From NCBI RefSeq assembly GCF_009914755.1, contig NC_060937.1: a stretch of 64,000 nt of DNA, one strand, 5' to 3'. Positions 1 through 12,650 of the stretch are shown piece by piece. Numbering within the stretch: the stretch's first letter is position 1; each line of letters opens with the position of its first letter. Made by a program: the position numbers and the translations under genes. Source of the stretch: the human T2T-CHM13v2.0 reference genome, Homo sapiens. The notes below the pieces were generated by a model. The model searched no databases. It saw only the letters and a program-made list of their open reading frames with translations, and was not told the origin of the DNA.

Positions 1-1824
1 ATGCTTTCCAGACCCAGGCTTTCTTGATTTTACAAGTAAATTAGTTCCAGGAGTATAGGGCCTTGTTTTTCTGAAAAGCCTCTACCTCTGACGTCTCAAT
101 TTTCACACTTGGCTACCCGAAAAGAGAAAGTTGATAGTGAATTGGGGGACATTGCCTTAAGAGGCAAAGATTGTGGTTACTTGAATCACAGGTAAAGTTT
201 CATCGTTTTTGTTGGTTTTGGCTTTAAGCACCAGAACTATAATCCACATATCATGAAATGAAGTCAGAATTTGGCACATGTCAGATAACTGGTTCAGACT
301 ACAGCCAGGCCTCATTTCTCGTCAGAAAGGTCACCTTGAGATACTTACTATTTATAGGAACTAGATAATTTTGAAACTTCCTTTTGAACTGTGCAGATAA
401 GGAACTAAGTAATGTTTTATTATTCAATATGCTAGCATTTGCTCTATAATCCCTTTTGAAATGTGAGAAAAATTGTCTCTGTGTTTGAAGAATGCCACAT
501 CTTTATGCAAAATATAATACAGTTGCACCAAGTAAAAGTTAATGAAATGCAAAGGATATTGTTTATACTAAAAGACCAAAAAGAATGTGACTGTTTCTGA
601 GGTGACTTCTTCCTTTTTGCAGTAATTAGAGCACTTTTTTCTCCTGATCCTTCTAATAAGATAAATAACAGAATGCAGTGTGAAAGCTTGGCCTGGGCTC
701 TGCTCAAAGGCACCATGGAAAGAATATTTCAAGGAAGATCCACATATTTAAATGGCTATAAACTCTATACAGGTGCAGGCTTTTGAAGTTAGAACAACAG
801 AGTGTGAAAGAGTAGAAAAAAGATTTGTATCTTGGGACTCAGGCATGCAGGCCCTTGTTCAAATAGTAATATGTTGAGGAATTAAATTAATGTGGGCAGA
901 AAGGATGCATTACCTCTCCCCCCAAGATTCTTGGTAATGTCAAGCAGGTTCCTGTTCAGCTGCATCAGTGCAGATAGCTAGCATGAGGTCCACACCTGCC
1001 CATCTCTGTAAGTTACTTTCCAAAGCAAAAATTTGTATTTCAGTCTTCAGCAAAATTAAGGTAGTTAGGTCTTGGGGGGAGGAGCAGTTGAGAGTGAACC
1101 TTTCTATCCACATTCTCTTTAGCAGTGTACGTTCCCTGAGTGCCATTTTGAACTGTAATGTTTAAGATAAATTTTTTTGTTTAGTTGAATGGAGCTATAT
1201 ATTGAAGAAAATCTTGATTGGGTAGTTTTTAGTTGCTTGTTTAAAATACAGTTTTTTGTTCAGAAAGATTGCATTTATTTCCTCATCTTACACCACTGAC
1301 TTAACATTCCATATTTTGGGGACTTCCTCCTCCCATTTTAATTCCTCCAGAGAAGAAAAGTTGAAACTTTTTTTTTCTGGGATCTACTCACCCCTTGTAA
1401 GAATTTGGAAATGTTTTTTACTGAGATCAGATAAAATGGAAAGAAAGCTGTCCTCCTCCTAAAATGTATCTTCCCTTCATTCTTGGCATTGCCTGATTCA
1501 TGGGGGTAGGGCAGGGAGGTAGGTGGGGAGTTACTAGCATCAGGTGTTGTTGAAGATTCCTCTGGAAAATGCAGAGGGGGCATGAAAGACTCTTCCCATT
1601 GGTTCATTTCACTGTCAGCAAACATGTTCCCAGTTCTTCCTGGTGACCCCTGGAAGAATTTTGTAGAAATTTGCACTGATGCCTGATGATACTAAACTAT
1701 GGCTTTGTGGAGTCAAGGATTGCTTTATGAATCTTTCCGGATCCCCCATAGAACTAAACTGACATTCTACTTTGAACACAGTAGGTTCTCCTTATACGTT
1801 TTTGTTTACTTTCTATTAAAGAAT

Positions 1825-1935
1825 ATTATTAATTATGTATATACCAAAAAGTTCACATTGTAAATATACAGCTCAGTGAATTTTCACAAATTTAACATTT
1901 GTATAAGCAGCACACAGATGAAAAAACAGAACAGA
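1825..1935 (-). mobile_element. Old L1 (L1M) 3'-end fragment
   Basis: tatacagctcagtgaattttcacaaatttaaca...cagatgaaaaaacagaac resembles an antisense L1ME/L1MC 3' terminus; boundaries approximate. Confidence 0.5.
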
Positions 1936-2265
1936 GACAGAAACCAAAGAAAAGATTCTTCCTCCCCCGCCCTGGGACTCCCTCCACTTAAATGAACATC
2001 TTAATTACTCTATATTACATGAAAGGGGGAGAGAGAAGAAATTTCTAGTCCAAAAAAATTGGGCATATGGCTATGTTATCCTTTTTTTAATATTTATAAG
2101 TGGATCTCACATTTAAAAAACTATACTTAAGATGGCTAGCAAAGACATATACCATGAAAGAAGATTAGTGATGACAATTAGAACAAAGGGATTTCAAGTA
2201 GAAGGCAAATATTGATAGAAAAATTAGATAAACCAAGTGTGACATCCAAAATGCATGTCAACTTT

Positions 2266-2447
2266 CTAGAGCTATACTGTTCAATGGCAGCCACTAGCTA
2301 CATAGTTAATGTCGCCATTAAAATTTAAATTTAAATTTCATTCCTCACTGGCACTAGACACATGTGGCTAGTGGCTACTGTACTGGATAGCACCACTGCA
2401 AAATTTTCCTTATCGCAGAAAGTTCTATCAGCCAGCACTGTTCCAGA
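2266..2447. mobile_element. MER3/MER33-type hAT-Charlie MITE
   Basis: Diagnostic gcagccactagctacat...cacatgtggctagtggctac and terminal gcagaaagttctat...cagcactg; ctag-type target context. Confidence 0.75.
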
Positions 2448-3644
2448 AATGAGCCCCAAAGTTGACTTTGAGTTCTTGTAGCAGCAAAAGCAAAATGGAA
2501 AATCATCAATGATGTGATTCAGAGTTCACACAGGAAAAATCAGCTATGCTTTAGATGCACATATAGTCCCAGTTCAGAGTCCTGGAAGCAAAGTCCCCCC
2601 AGCATCTCACATGCTCAGTGGTGTCAACAGCCTGTGCTCAGCCGCACCTCTCCAATAACACAGCAGGGGACTCACAAGGCTTTCTTAACTGATGGCTGCA
2701 GTGAGGCCAGGTATGCCCAGCCAGATGTAGTTCAGAAAAGCTGCTGCACAGGGGGAGGCTGGGCAAACAGAATAGCCCCCACTCATACCTCCTGGTGGCT
2801 TTGCTTAATCTCAGAGGGAAGAATGCACCTTCAGATACTCTCCCACAATTTGTTTCTCTCAGCCAGGCTTTCAGTAGCTAGTGAGTGTCAGTGAATTTGC
2901 CTTTTTTATTCCCAGCCAGGTTCCTGGAGCCTATTCTCTATGTGATAGGTAAAGGACAGGCTCATGTGTCCTGCAACTCGGCCATGTGGGGTTGTGCACT
3001 GTTCCTTTCTCAGGGAGCCCCAAGCAGCCTGGTAGGAACACAGGCCTGAATGGAAGGCCGCCTGCCTCTTTTGGAGGCCTGCTACAGGAGTGCTGTGAGC
3101 AAGGCCTTCTCCTTAAGAAGTGACTTGGGGTCCCCTAAAACAACAGACAGAAGCACAGTCCAAGGACCCAAAGCTCAATTCCACAATGAGATTGTGGCTG
3201 TACTTTTAGGCTGGAAAATTGTGAGAGCAGGTAGTTCCATGTCTTCAGAGTGGCAAGATAATTTAACAATGGTCTCCAAGTCTGTGGAAAAGTTCTTCTG
3301 TGGAAGACGCTCACCACTATCCCTTGGGTCCTTAGAAGGTAGAAAGAGAAAAGAGCTGCAACTAACGGTTTTAAATAAGGCTTAAAAGGCAGGAAAACCT
3401 GACATAGAGAATTATTACCAGTTGAAATGAGTTGCCAGGCAGAGAGGCCTGGGACTGTTACCACCAGAGAACTTTTCAGATCTCATCCACACCAGCTAGT
3501 ATTGCTTATCTTCTGCATGCAGCAAGGAGATTGACTGGGCCATCATTGCTGGAATACTGGGGACACTGGTTTTGTGAGGACAGAGAGACAGATGCCACTG
3601 GGGATGTGATGAGGGACTGATGTGGGCTCCAGAGACTTATTTTG

Positions 3645-4287
3645 TAATTGTTAATTGTGGTAAAATACACATAAAATTTACCATTTTAGCCATTGTAAGC
3701 CTACAGTTCAGTGGTTTTATCCATTCACATTATTGTGCAACCATCACCACCATCCATCTCTGTAACTTTTTCATCCTGCCAAACTGAAAGTCTGTACCCA
3801 CTGATCACTTCCCATCCCTCCTCCCCGAGGCCCTGGCAACCTCCATTCTACTATCTGTTTCTGTGAGTTTGACTACTATAAGTACCTCATATAAGTGGGA
3901 TCATATAGTATTTGTCTTTCTGTTATTGGCTTATTTCACTTGGCATAATGTCCTCAAGGTTCATCCATGTTGTAGAATGTGTCAGAACGTCCTTTCCTTT
4001 AAGGCTGAATAATATTCCATTGCAGGAATATGATAGATTTTTCATGTCCATTCAGGATGGACCCCTGAGTTGCCTCCACCTCTTGGCTACTGTGAATAAC
4101 ACCGCTATGAACGTGGGTATGTAAATGCCTCTTCAATATCCTGCTTTCAGTTCTTTTGCATGTATACCCAGAAGTGGAATTGCTGGATTGTACAGTAATT
4201 GTGTGTAATTTTTTGAGGAAAGGAACCACCACACTGTTCTCCATAGCAGCTGTGTCATTTCACATTCCCAGCAAGAGTGCACAAGGC
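3645..4287 (-). mobile_element. L1MB-type LINE-1 3' fragment
   Basis: Antisense L1 3' end motifs: aattgtggtaaaatacacataaaatttacc, ttcacattattgtgcaaccatcaccacc, cccagaagtggaattgctgga. Confidence 0.85.
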
Positions 4288-4479
4288 AGAGACTTGCTTT
4301 TTAGGGAAGCAGAGAAAGGCCTGCTCTTCCTAAGGTGAAGCACATGGTATTCTCCACTAGGAGGTGCAGAAAGTGACAGTGGTTGGAAAGAGTGGAGCAG
4401 ACACTTAGATGGGCCTTGTTTTATCTTCACCCTGTACACTCCAGATCTAGACCATTTGTGTGCGTGTGCTTATGTGCGT

Positions 4480-5395
4480 CATCATAAAACATGCATCAGA
4501 TCATGTCTCTTTCAAGATTCAGAGTTTCCAAGGGCTTCCCATGGCCCTTCCAGTCCCTTCCAGATCTTCACCAAGGCCTACGGCTCTCTGGCTTTATTTA
4601 TCTCTCATTTCCCTTCCCTCTTGCTCACTCTCCTTCTCCTACATTGGCCTGTTTTCTGTTCCTCAGATGCAGCAAACTCATTTCTGCCTCAGGACCTTTA
4701 AACCTGCTGTTCTCTCTACCTGGAATGATCTCCTCCATGATTTCCTTCCCATCATCCAAGTTTCAGAGGGGCCTTCTCTGCCTTCCCCACCTAGAGTAGT
4801 TCCCGTTCCCCAATCCTCAGCGCTCTGGTTTTTCTTCTCACACACTTAATCACTTTTCTAAGTTTTTGTCTTGGTTTTAACATAGTACCACAAACTGGGT
4901 GGCTTAAACAACATAAATTTATTGTTTCAGAGTTCTGGAGGCTAGAAGTCCAAAATCAAGGCATCAGCAGGGTTGGTTCCTCCAAAGGTTGTGAGGAAGA
5001 ATCTGTTCCATTCCTCTCCCCAGCCTGCTGTTGCACTGGCCTTCTTGGCCTTCCTTGGTGTGTGGAAGCACCAGCTTGGTCTCTGTTTTCACGTTCATAT
5101 GGCATTCTCCCTGTGTGTGTCATCTCCAAATTTTCCCTTTATGTAAGGACACCAGTTCTATTGTATTAGGGGCTCACCTTTCTCCAGCATGACCTCATCC
5201 TAATTAAGCTCATTCCATCTCCAACAACTCATTATTTCCAAATAAGGTCATATTCTGAGGTTACTAGGGGATGGAACTTGAACATATGAATTTTGAGGGG
5301 ACACAGTTCAACCCATAACAACTATCTTGTATATTTATCTGTTTACTTGTATCTGATCTGTCTCTGTTATTATATTGTCAAAAAATGAATGAGTG
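4480..5395 (+). mobile_element. L2 3' fragment interrupted by an MLT1C LTR
   Basis: L2 motifs (tcagatcatgtc, cctcaggaccttt...ctgttctctctacctggaatg), resuming after 5320 and ending in aatgaatgag. Confidence 0.6.
4865..5320 (-). mobile_element. MLT1C-type MaLR solo LTR
   Basis: accacaaactgggtggcttaaacaaca...ttctggaggctagaagtccaaaatcaagg...tatttccaaataaggtcatattctgagg...ggggacacagttcaacccataaca; about 460 bp. Confidence 0.85.
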
Positions 5396-5989
5396 TGAGC
5401 TGGGGATAGAGGGGTGAGGGCCATCTGGGATCTCTCGTGGGTCTCCGAACCCTCTTCAGACTCTAATGTCTGGGTTATTGGGCAGCCCCTTATGCCAGGC
5501 TTCACCTTTCAGAGCAATGGAGATGGCAGACATGCAAACCAAGAAAGCTAGCAAAGCATTGCAGTGCTGTGGCTTCAAAACTCATCCAGGGCAGCACGTG
5601 GCATGGGCTTCAGAGTCTCAACTCTTGTACTCACCTGTTGAGTGGCTAGGGGCATGTTCCACTGCGTTGGGAACCTTTGTTTCCAAATCTGAACACTTAG
5701 GATGGTAATTCTTCCCTAGCAGAGTCACTGAGACCTGTGGGAAGAATGCCTCTGGCGTGCCCTCGGTCAGCACCCATGACCCGGGAATGGCAACCGTTAC
5801 CACACACAGGTGGATGGGTTCACGTGGCCGGGGTAGGAAGATGCCACGAGAGGCTGCTCAGAAGAACCTATGCCTGAGCAGAGCTGGGGCAGATGCTGTT
5901 CCGGGGGCACTGGGGAGCCCCAGGGAGCAGAAGGCACAATGGCCTGGGCAGGACGGGGCCGGGGCAGCCGTCAGGGTTCCGAGCTGCAT

Positions 5990-6852
5990 CTTCCCTGGGC
6001 CATAGATGTCTGGTGAGACACTAACTCAGGAACAGGCAAATCATGCTCCAGTTCCAAAGCCCAAAACCAGCGGAGTCATCCCTGAGTCCTCTCTCATGAG
6101 ACCACTTGCTCTACCTCAGGACGCTTGCAGAACCCAGCCACTTTCTCCACTTCTGCTGCCACCTCCGTCTCTAAATGCCACTGGCATTTCCTCATTTCTG
6201 CCCTGGGCTCCCACAGCCACTTCTCCACTGGATGGCCGAGGGATCCTTTTACAATGCAAATCAGATCATGTGACTCCTGCCCAGAACCCTCCAGCGGCTG
6301 CTCATCCACAGAGTAAAGCCCAGTTCCTCCCAGGGCTGGTGAGACCTGCCTCCCACTCCCGCTGACCTCCTGCCTCTCCCCTCATCTGCCCGTGACCCTG
6401 TGTCACTTGGGGTCCTTCAGAACGCAGGGTACCTCCCATGCTTGCCTCCCCCTTCCCCGCCGCCTGATCCCCTCCCCACATAAACACACGCCGGCTGCCT
6501 CACCCCCGCAGGTCTCCCCTCAGGGTCACCTCATGAGTGAGGCCTCCCTGGAGGCTCACTGAGATCTGTGGGAAGAATGGTCGGTCTTCCCGCAGTGAAA
6601 CGCAGTTGTCCCTCTCTCATTCTCAGACACAGATGCCCCAGCCCGTCCCCTTCACCTCGCTGTGTTCCTCCCTGTAGCACTGTAAGCTGCCAGCGCACGG
6701 CAGCTGCCCACATCACAGGCTTGGCCACCTCCCCACCAGGGACAAGCACCTTGAGGGCAGGGACTTGGTCTTGTTTGCACACTGCTGTCACCCTCGCACC
6801 TCTAACAGTGTCTGGCACATGTTAGACACCCAGTGTTTGTGGAATGAATAAA
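5990..6852 (+). mobile_element. L2a 3' region
   Basis: aatcagatcatgtgactcctgcccagaaccctcc, gagggcagggac...tgtctggcacatg...ttgtggaatgaataaa (L2a terminus). Confidence 0.75.
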
Positions 6853-7464
6853 AGAAGGAAAGGGAGGGAAGGTGGTGAAGATGGCAACCTTGGGCTGGTA
6901 GGGGTGTGTGCAGGAGGCTGAGGGAGCAGTGGAGAGCCTCGGCAGAGGGGGCGGTTCAGAGGCAGTTCCTGGGTGTGTGCAGAGTGAGGAGGACCCCCCA
7001 ATAGGACACAGGAGGAGGCTGTGTCAGGAGGTGTCCGGGAGGAGGGCTCCTGGGGCCGTGGTGTCTGCTGGCTGGCTGTGAGCAGGAACCTCCAGCCACT
7101 GAAAGCAGGGCCAGAGAGTAAAGCAGATTGTGAGGTGGCCATCCTGTACCCTGTCCCTGCCCCTTATGCCAAGCCTGAGGCCTGTGGGCCAGCTTCCCTT
7201 CCACACACAAAAAATGGTGGCTGTGCTGATGGAGTCCTCCATCCCCAGGCCAGCCATGTGACTGTGAGAGAGCCCCGCTTCTCCCAGGGGAGGGCTCAGC
7301 CAGTGTCCTTGGGAAGGCCAGAGATACACACTGCCATGGTCCACCCTCCTGGAATGACACCTCTGCTTCTTGCTGCCAGAAGTGGTGACAGACTATCCCC
7401 AGTTGGTCTTGCCTGACAATGAGCTCGTGCAGGAAAGCATTTACCCTAGAAATAATAATGTGAT

Positions 7465-7660
7465 AACTAATGTTAATTGCACGCTTAATAGGTTCCACGC
7501 TTTGGGCTAAGTGTGATCTAATATCTTACTTAACCCTCAGCATTTCTACCAGCCAGAGACCATTCTTATCTCCATTTTGCAGATGCACACACTGATATTT
7601 AGGTCAGAAAACTGCCTACTTCCCAGTACTACAGATGGTAAGTGGTAGGACTGGAGTGGA
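7465..7660 (-). mobile_element. MIR SINE
   Basis: Antisense MIR core tatctccattttgcagatg...acagatggtaagtggtaggactgga. Confidence 0.6.
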
Positions 7661-7709
7661 TGGAGGCACAGCCAACTCATGGACCCAGTAGAGACCTGGC
7701 ATTTCCAGT

Positions 7710-7900
7710 GCTGGCGTGGTCTCCAACTTTAGAAGGCATAAAAACCTGGAGGGCTTGTCAGACAGACTTTTGGACTCCACCTCCGGAGGGTCTGGTCCAG
7801 CAGATGTGGGCTGGGGCTGAAGTTCTGCCTCTCTGACCAGCTCCAGGAACTGGCCAGTAGCGCCCTCCTAGACATTTGCCAGGCACAGCGAACTCTAGGG
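7710..7900. mobile_element. MER5A-like DNA transposon
   Basis: acctggagggcttgtcagacagac...ctccacctcc...gtgggctggggctgaagttctgcctctctgaccagctcc. Confidence 0.55.
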
Positions 7901-9100
7901 CAGGATAGCCCAGCTGCTGCTTCAGGTTTGATTACCACCACCTAAGACACGGCCACTTTTTAAAATATTTGTAGTTTAAATTAATAACAGGCTCAGTAAG
8001 ACCATCAAAAATACAAGTCTCAAGAGGTACCTGGAGAGTGAACAAACTTTCCTCAAACTGATTTCATCCCATTTGCACCTGATGTCTGATACACAGCAGC
8101 TACTCGGTAAGCATTAGCTTGCCTTATTACTCCCGCTTGGGCTCTGGTATTCCCTGGGCAGGGGTGCAGTGACCTGAGGGGTGGGAGATCCACATGTGGG
8201 GGAAGGAAGACACCTGCGAACAGCAGGCTATGGGGCACGGGGCTAGTGCAGAGGGTCCCTGGACCTGGGGAAGTGATACTAATGTGCCTGCCATGGGCTT
8301 GCCCCTGGGCCGAGACCCTGAAGGAAATCGCTATTTCAGCCAACTGCATTGCCTGCACAGGGTCATTTCGTCTATGCCAGCTACCCAGCATGCTTGAAAG
8401 CCACCCCCAGAAAATAATTTCTCAGAGCATCATCTGGGTTTAATATTCCGGCGGCAGGTATAAGTGACATCATTGCCTTTTCAGCCCTGAGAGGAAGAGT
8501 AATTTTCTTTTAGGAAAAAAGAAGTGAACTATGATTACAGGCAGATCTTTGAGGTGGAGGAAGGAAAGTGAGGAGTTTTAAGCAATGTTTTCTGCTCTCA
8601 TTCTTGGAACAGCTTTCCCTCTTGCCCTTCCTTTCTCACTTAGCTTATTTAGTTTGGTCCGTTCAGGGTTCCGTTTCCTAAGGGAGGTTTGGTGGGAGAT
8701 CTGGAAGAAAGTGCTGCTGCTTCTGCATGTAGCAAATGGTGCCCAGCAGGCAGGGCCCATCCCCTGGAACACAGGGCTACAAGCCAACCACTCTGTGCCT
8801 GTGAGTAAACCACACCAAAAATGGCCAGTCCAGCACTTCCAGGAGCTGCTCAGGTCAGCAAACTCTTTGAACAGCTCCTTTCAGACAGGTACAGTACTGG
8901 AGGGGGACAAAGATGAACCAGAGGGTCCCTGTGCCCCAAGTTCACAGCTGGTTCCGATTGTTCTGTGGCATGGCTCATGAGAGCCACGGCATAGGGAAGT
9001 GGGGTGTGGCTTTGGAGGGACACCCTCCTGGCCCAGGAAAACAGGAAAGCATAGCCAATGCCTGCTGGGAGGCAGCAGTTAGAAGTCCAGGCTCTAGATC

Positions 9101-9144
9101 TCACAAAGCAGAGACCAAATCTTCAAAAAGCAGAGACCAAATCC
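9101..9144. repeat. 22-bp tandem duplication
   Basis: tcacaaagcagagaccaaatct / tcaaaaagcagagaccaaatcc (20/22 identical). Confidence 0.85.
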
Positions 9145-10033
9145 TGTCTGTCCTGCGACCTGCCAGCTTTGTCAGGTTGGCCTGTTCAAACACCAGATCA
9201 AAAACCTACTTTCATCTCCACTGAATTTTCCCCCATGTTAGTAGTTATTTTGTGTTAGCTTCTATTTATCCTTCTTTTGATGTTTTCATACTTTTAATTA
9301 TAATTTTATTAGAAAGTAATAAAACCAAATTACCCCAAAAAAAGTTTTGGAAGTTGCACAATATTTTTAAAAATCACTTATGGTGCTACCACCATCACAG
9401 AGCATTTTGGTACATTTTCATCTGCATCATTTTTGTCATGTGAACTACATGTCAGTTTTTTTTCTTTAAATTCTTTAAATTTTTTCTTCTTTCTCTTCCT
9501 CACTTATCCCCAAAAATGTAGGAAAAGAACAATTTGCTAAATGGGTTTCAGGCCTTTGGGTTAGTTGTCTCTTTTCTGCTGCAACCTCCTTCCCATTCAA
9601 ACGGAAGGTCAAACATTACGTTCACTTTAAGGAACTTTCCTCCTGGCTCTTGGCTTCATGCTGAGAGAATGAGCCTCTGGGTCCCCTGGGACTTTATGTG
9701 AAGGGAGTCCCTGTTTGCTGCCAAAGAATCTAGGTTCTACTAGTTTGGATTTTTGTCATCTCAAGACACTATCTTCCCGAGGTGGTCTGGAAGGGGGCAT
9801 GTGTGAGAATCCAGTTACTATTTACCCAGGCAACTAGCTCAGCACCTGCTCACAGCAGGCTCTCAATAAGCTTTAAAAAGTTAGTGCCACATGACCAGCA
9901 TCGACTGGCCTCAGACATCTGCAAGCACTCACCCAGGCCACAGGGTCAGGTAGAGGGCTCCTGGGCCCACTGTAGCCCCTGCTGGGTCAGTGTAGCTGGA
10001 AGGCTACGGGCCCTTAGTGGGGAGCCACAGCCT

Positions 10034-10052
10034 TTCCCACTAGGGGGCCTCT
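10034..10052 (+). promoter_or_regulatory. Candidate CTCF site (forward)
   Basis: TTCCCACTAGGGGGCCTCT contains the core CCACTAGGGGGC (10037-10048); motif match only. Confidence 0.5.
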
Positions 10053-11449
10053 CACTCTGACATCTCCCTGTGGTGTTCGGACCAAGGGTGGGGAGGGAGA
10101 CACGCTGGCCCTAAAGGGAGGTGGTAATGAGTGAAGATCTCCAGGCCCAGCCCACAGGGGCTCCGTCCATCTGCTCCTGAAAAGCCCACGCTGGCCTGCC
10201 TGCCATAATGCCAGCCCTGTCCCAAGAGACTGGGTTACTCTTAACCAGGCAGAGAGCCTGCTCTCTGTGCATTCCCCAGCATGGGATGGAAAAAGGGCCT
10301 GAATGGTCCTTGGTCCCTTTGCCAACCTTTGTGTTCCCCTGGACCTCACCACATCCCTGAAGACGCTTCTTCTCCCCTGCGTCCTCACCCTTCCAGGGAC
10401 AAGAGCATTCCACAGCCCTGGCTGGAGAGTGATGGGATTAACAAGAGATGGAGCCCCACATGCCTCTCAGGGGAACCCTCGCTTGGTCGAGTGAACCCTC
10501 TGCTACATGAGCTTCAGACTCAGTGCTTTGTAAGTAGGTGCAAAACCTGGCTGAAACAAGCACAGCACCCCGCCTGGGCACGTGAAACCCTCCAATCCCC
10601 TTTGAGAAGGAAGCAAGTCAACGGTGCCCCTTCACTGTGTTTCTGCTTATTGGGAATTTCCTATAATCCCATTTAGTTTGGGTTTTTATTTATTCAGTAC
10701 TTCTCAGTGTCTGTATTTGGTATTTATAAATTATATACTGCCGTCTAAAAAAATTTCAGTGAATATATACATGCAGGATAGTTGTCCTGACTAAGAGATC
10801 AGAAAGTAAATATAGCAAGGGCAGAGAAAGGAATTGAGGATTAAGTGCTCAGCTTCCTGGAAGCCAAATCAGAAAGAAAAATGAACTTTTTGTTATTTAA
10901 TTAAAACAAAAATCCAGATCTGAAAACAAACTTTTCTGGGTGCTAAATCTCATTAGGTCCTTTTAGGAGAATCATTCAAAATAACAGTAAATGGCCTTCC
11001 ATTATGACTTTTTGAAGGTGCATAAATGTTTTTCATGTGGCCAAGGACAAAGTCAAGGGTGACTGATGCCTTTAGTAGCTATACCCATTGGTACTCTAGG
11101 CCAGTGGTGCTGTCTTGCTTGCTCTCGAATGGTTTTAATGCCCATGATTGCTATTTGTCCAACTTTGGAAGAGGAAATAAATAAGAATTGGCTTTAAATA
11201 AAATCTTATAGTCACTGGATGAAAGCAGCCACTTGGGTTGACCCCCAAGGCACCCCCTCTCCCTGCCAGTTGTCCATGTTTCCATTATCCTGTAGGATTC
11301 CTCAAAACCTGACCCTTCACCTTGTACATCCTCGGAAACTCAAACCCTGCCTGTCTGTCAGCCCCTCTGCATCAGTCCCTCCTCAGTGGCCTGTGCTTTG
11401 AGATCTCTCTTAACTGAAACTTAAGACAGCTTCAAAGTTGCATACACCT

Positions 11450-11622
11450 GCCAGATGTAGTGGCATACACCTGTAGTCCCAGTAACTTGGGAGGCTGAGG
11501 CAGGAAGATCACTTGCGCCCAGGAGTTCCAGGCCGCAGTGCTCTATGATCGCGTCCGTGAATAGCCACTGCACTCCAGCCTGGACAACACAGCAAGACCA
11601 TATCTCTTTAAAAAAAAAAAAA
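11450..11622 (+). mobile_element. FAM (fossil Alu monomer) with TSD
   Basis: Monomer carrying the 7SL-like segment gtgaatagccactgcactcc; A-tail; TSD ttgcatacac at 11438-11447 and 11623-11632. Confidence 0.85.
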
Positions 11623-11659
11623 TTGCATACACTGTTTATCTTCCACAGCAGTGGCTTCC

Positions 11660-11787
11660 ATTTATTTATTTGAAATTCTAGTTTATGGATTTTATGGATT
11701 CATAATAGCTGTACATATTTTCACAGTACTTGTGGCCATCTGATACACTCATATAACCAAATCAGAGTAACTGAGATGTCCATCACA
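11660..11787 (-). mobile_element. L1MA 3'-terminal fragment
   Basis: cataatagctgtacatattt...caaatcagagtaactgagatgtccatcac. Confidence 0.6.
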
Positions 11788-11907
11788 TTTACTAAGCACA
11801 TATTTGCACCTGTCATGGTTCAGACATTGTGTATATATCATCTTTAAGCTTTGATGCTAAGAATCATTTTTCCTGTTTTGTATATTAGTAAAACAATGAT
11901 CCAAAGA

Positions 11908-12650
11908 CTGGTCTCTGAGCCAGGGTTTGCATTTGTATCCTGTCTCTTCCAAATGCTAGCTCTACAACCCTGGGCAAGTTACTTTCCTTCTCTGTGCCTC
12001 TATTTCTTTATCTGTAAAATGGGGGTAATACAAGTAAGCATCTCACAGGATGGCTGTACCAGTCAGGGCTCACTCAGAGGCTTAGGAGGGACCTAACCTA
12101 AGGATGGCACACAGCTGGAGGAGCTGGTGGAGAAGGAGACTCCTGGTGTTGGGGCTGAGTCTTCCCAGGTCGGCTTGGCCACCAGATGGGAAAGAAGGCT
12201 GCTGGGAAGTCGGGGAGATGTGCTGGAATCCACCTCTGTCTCTCACCGCCTCAACTTCTGTGACATGGTGACCTGAGGAGGAGCTGGTACCCTTTGCCAT
12301 GGTCCTAAAACACACCTGCCCAGGGCCAGGTGAAGCTGAAAATGGAGATCTAGTGAGAGCTGAGCAGCTGCAGGCCTGGGAGCACTGAGCCAGCTGACTG
12401 GGGACAGCCCTACTCTAACCTTCAGAGCATGAAGAAATGGCTGCTTCTGCATTTCCACCTTACACCCAACCCTATACAATGCTGCAGGGAAGGGACTTCT
12501 GGGTGGTTCTCGCGTGCCTAAATCAACACAGTCAAGGCCACATGGTTATGGGATGAAATGAACAAAATATAGGGAAAGAATTTAGCATGGTAAATCCTGG
12601 CACATGGTAAGGACTATTAAGAATTAGCTACTGTTATTATCATTATCACC
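11908..12650 (+). mobile_element. MIR split by an approximately 490-bp old LTR-like (MLT1-type) insert at about 12053-12540
   Basis: MIR core ctgggcaagttactt...tctgtgcctc...atctgtaaaatgggggtaat, resuming at about 12545 with cctggcacatggtaag...ttagctactgttattat; insert starts tgtaccagtcaggg. Confidence 0.6.

Noticed and set aside
444-1676. Cluster of minus-strand ORFs suggesting a processed pseudogene; ATTAAA at 881-886 suggesting an intronic poly(A) site
   Set aside because: No parent protein recognised, no tail or TSD; a lone hexamer in AT-rich DNA is too weak.
8585-9224. Abutting + strand ORFs (131 and 103 aa) with a hydrophobic, signal-like start
   Set aside because: Different frames, no recognisable domain, intronic; nothing beyond chance supports coding.
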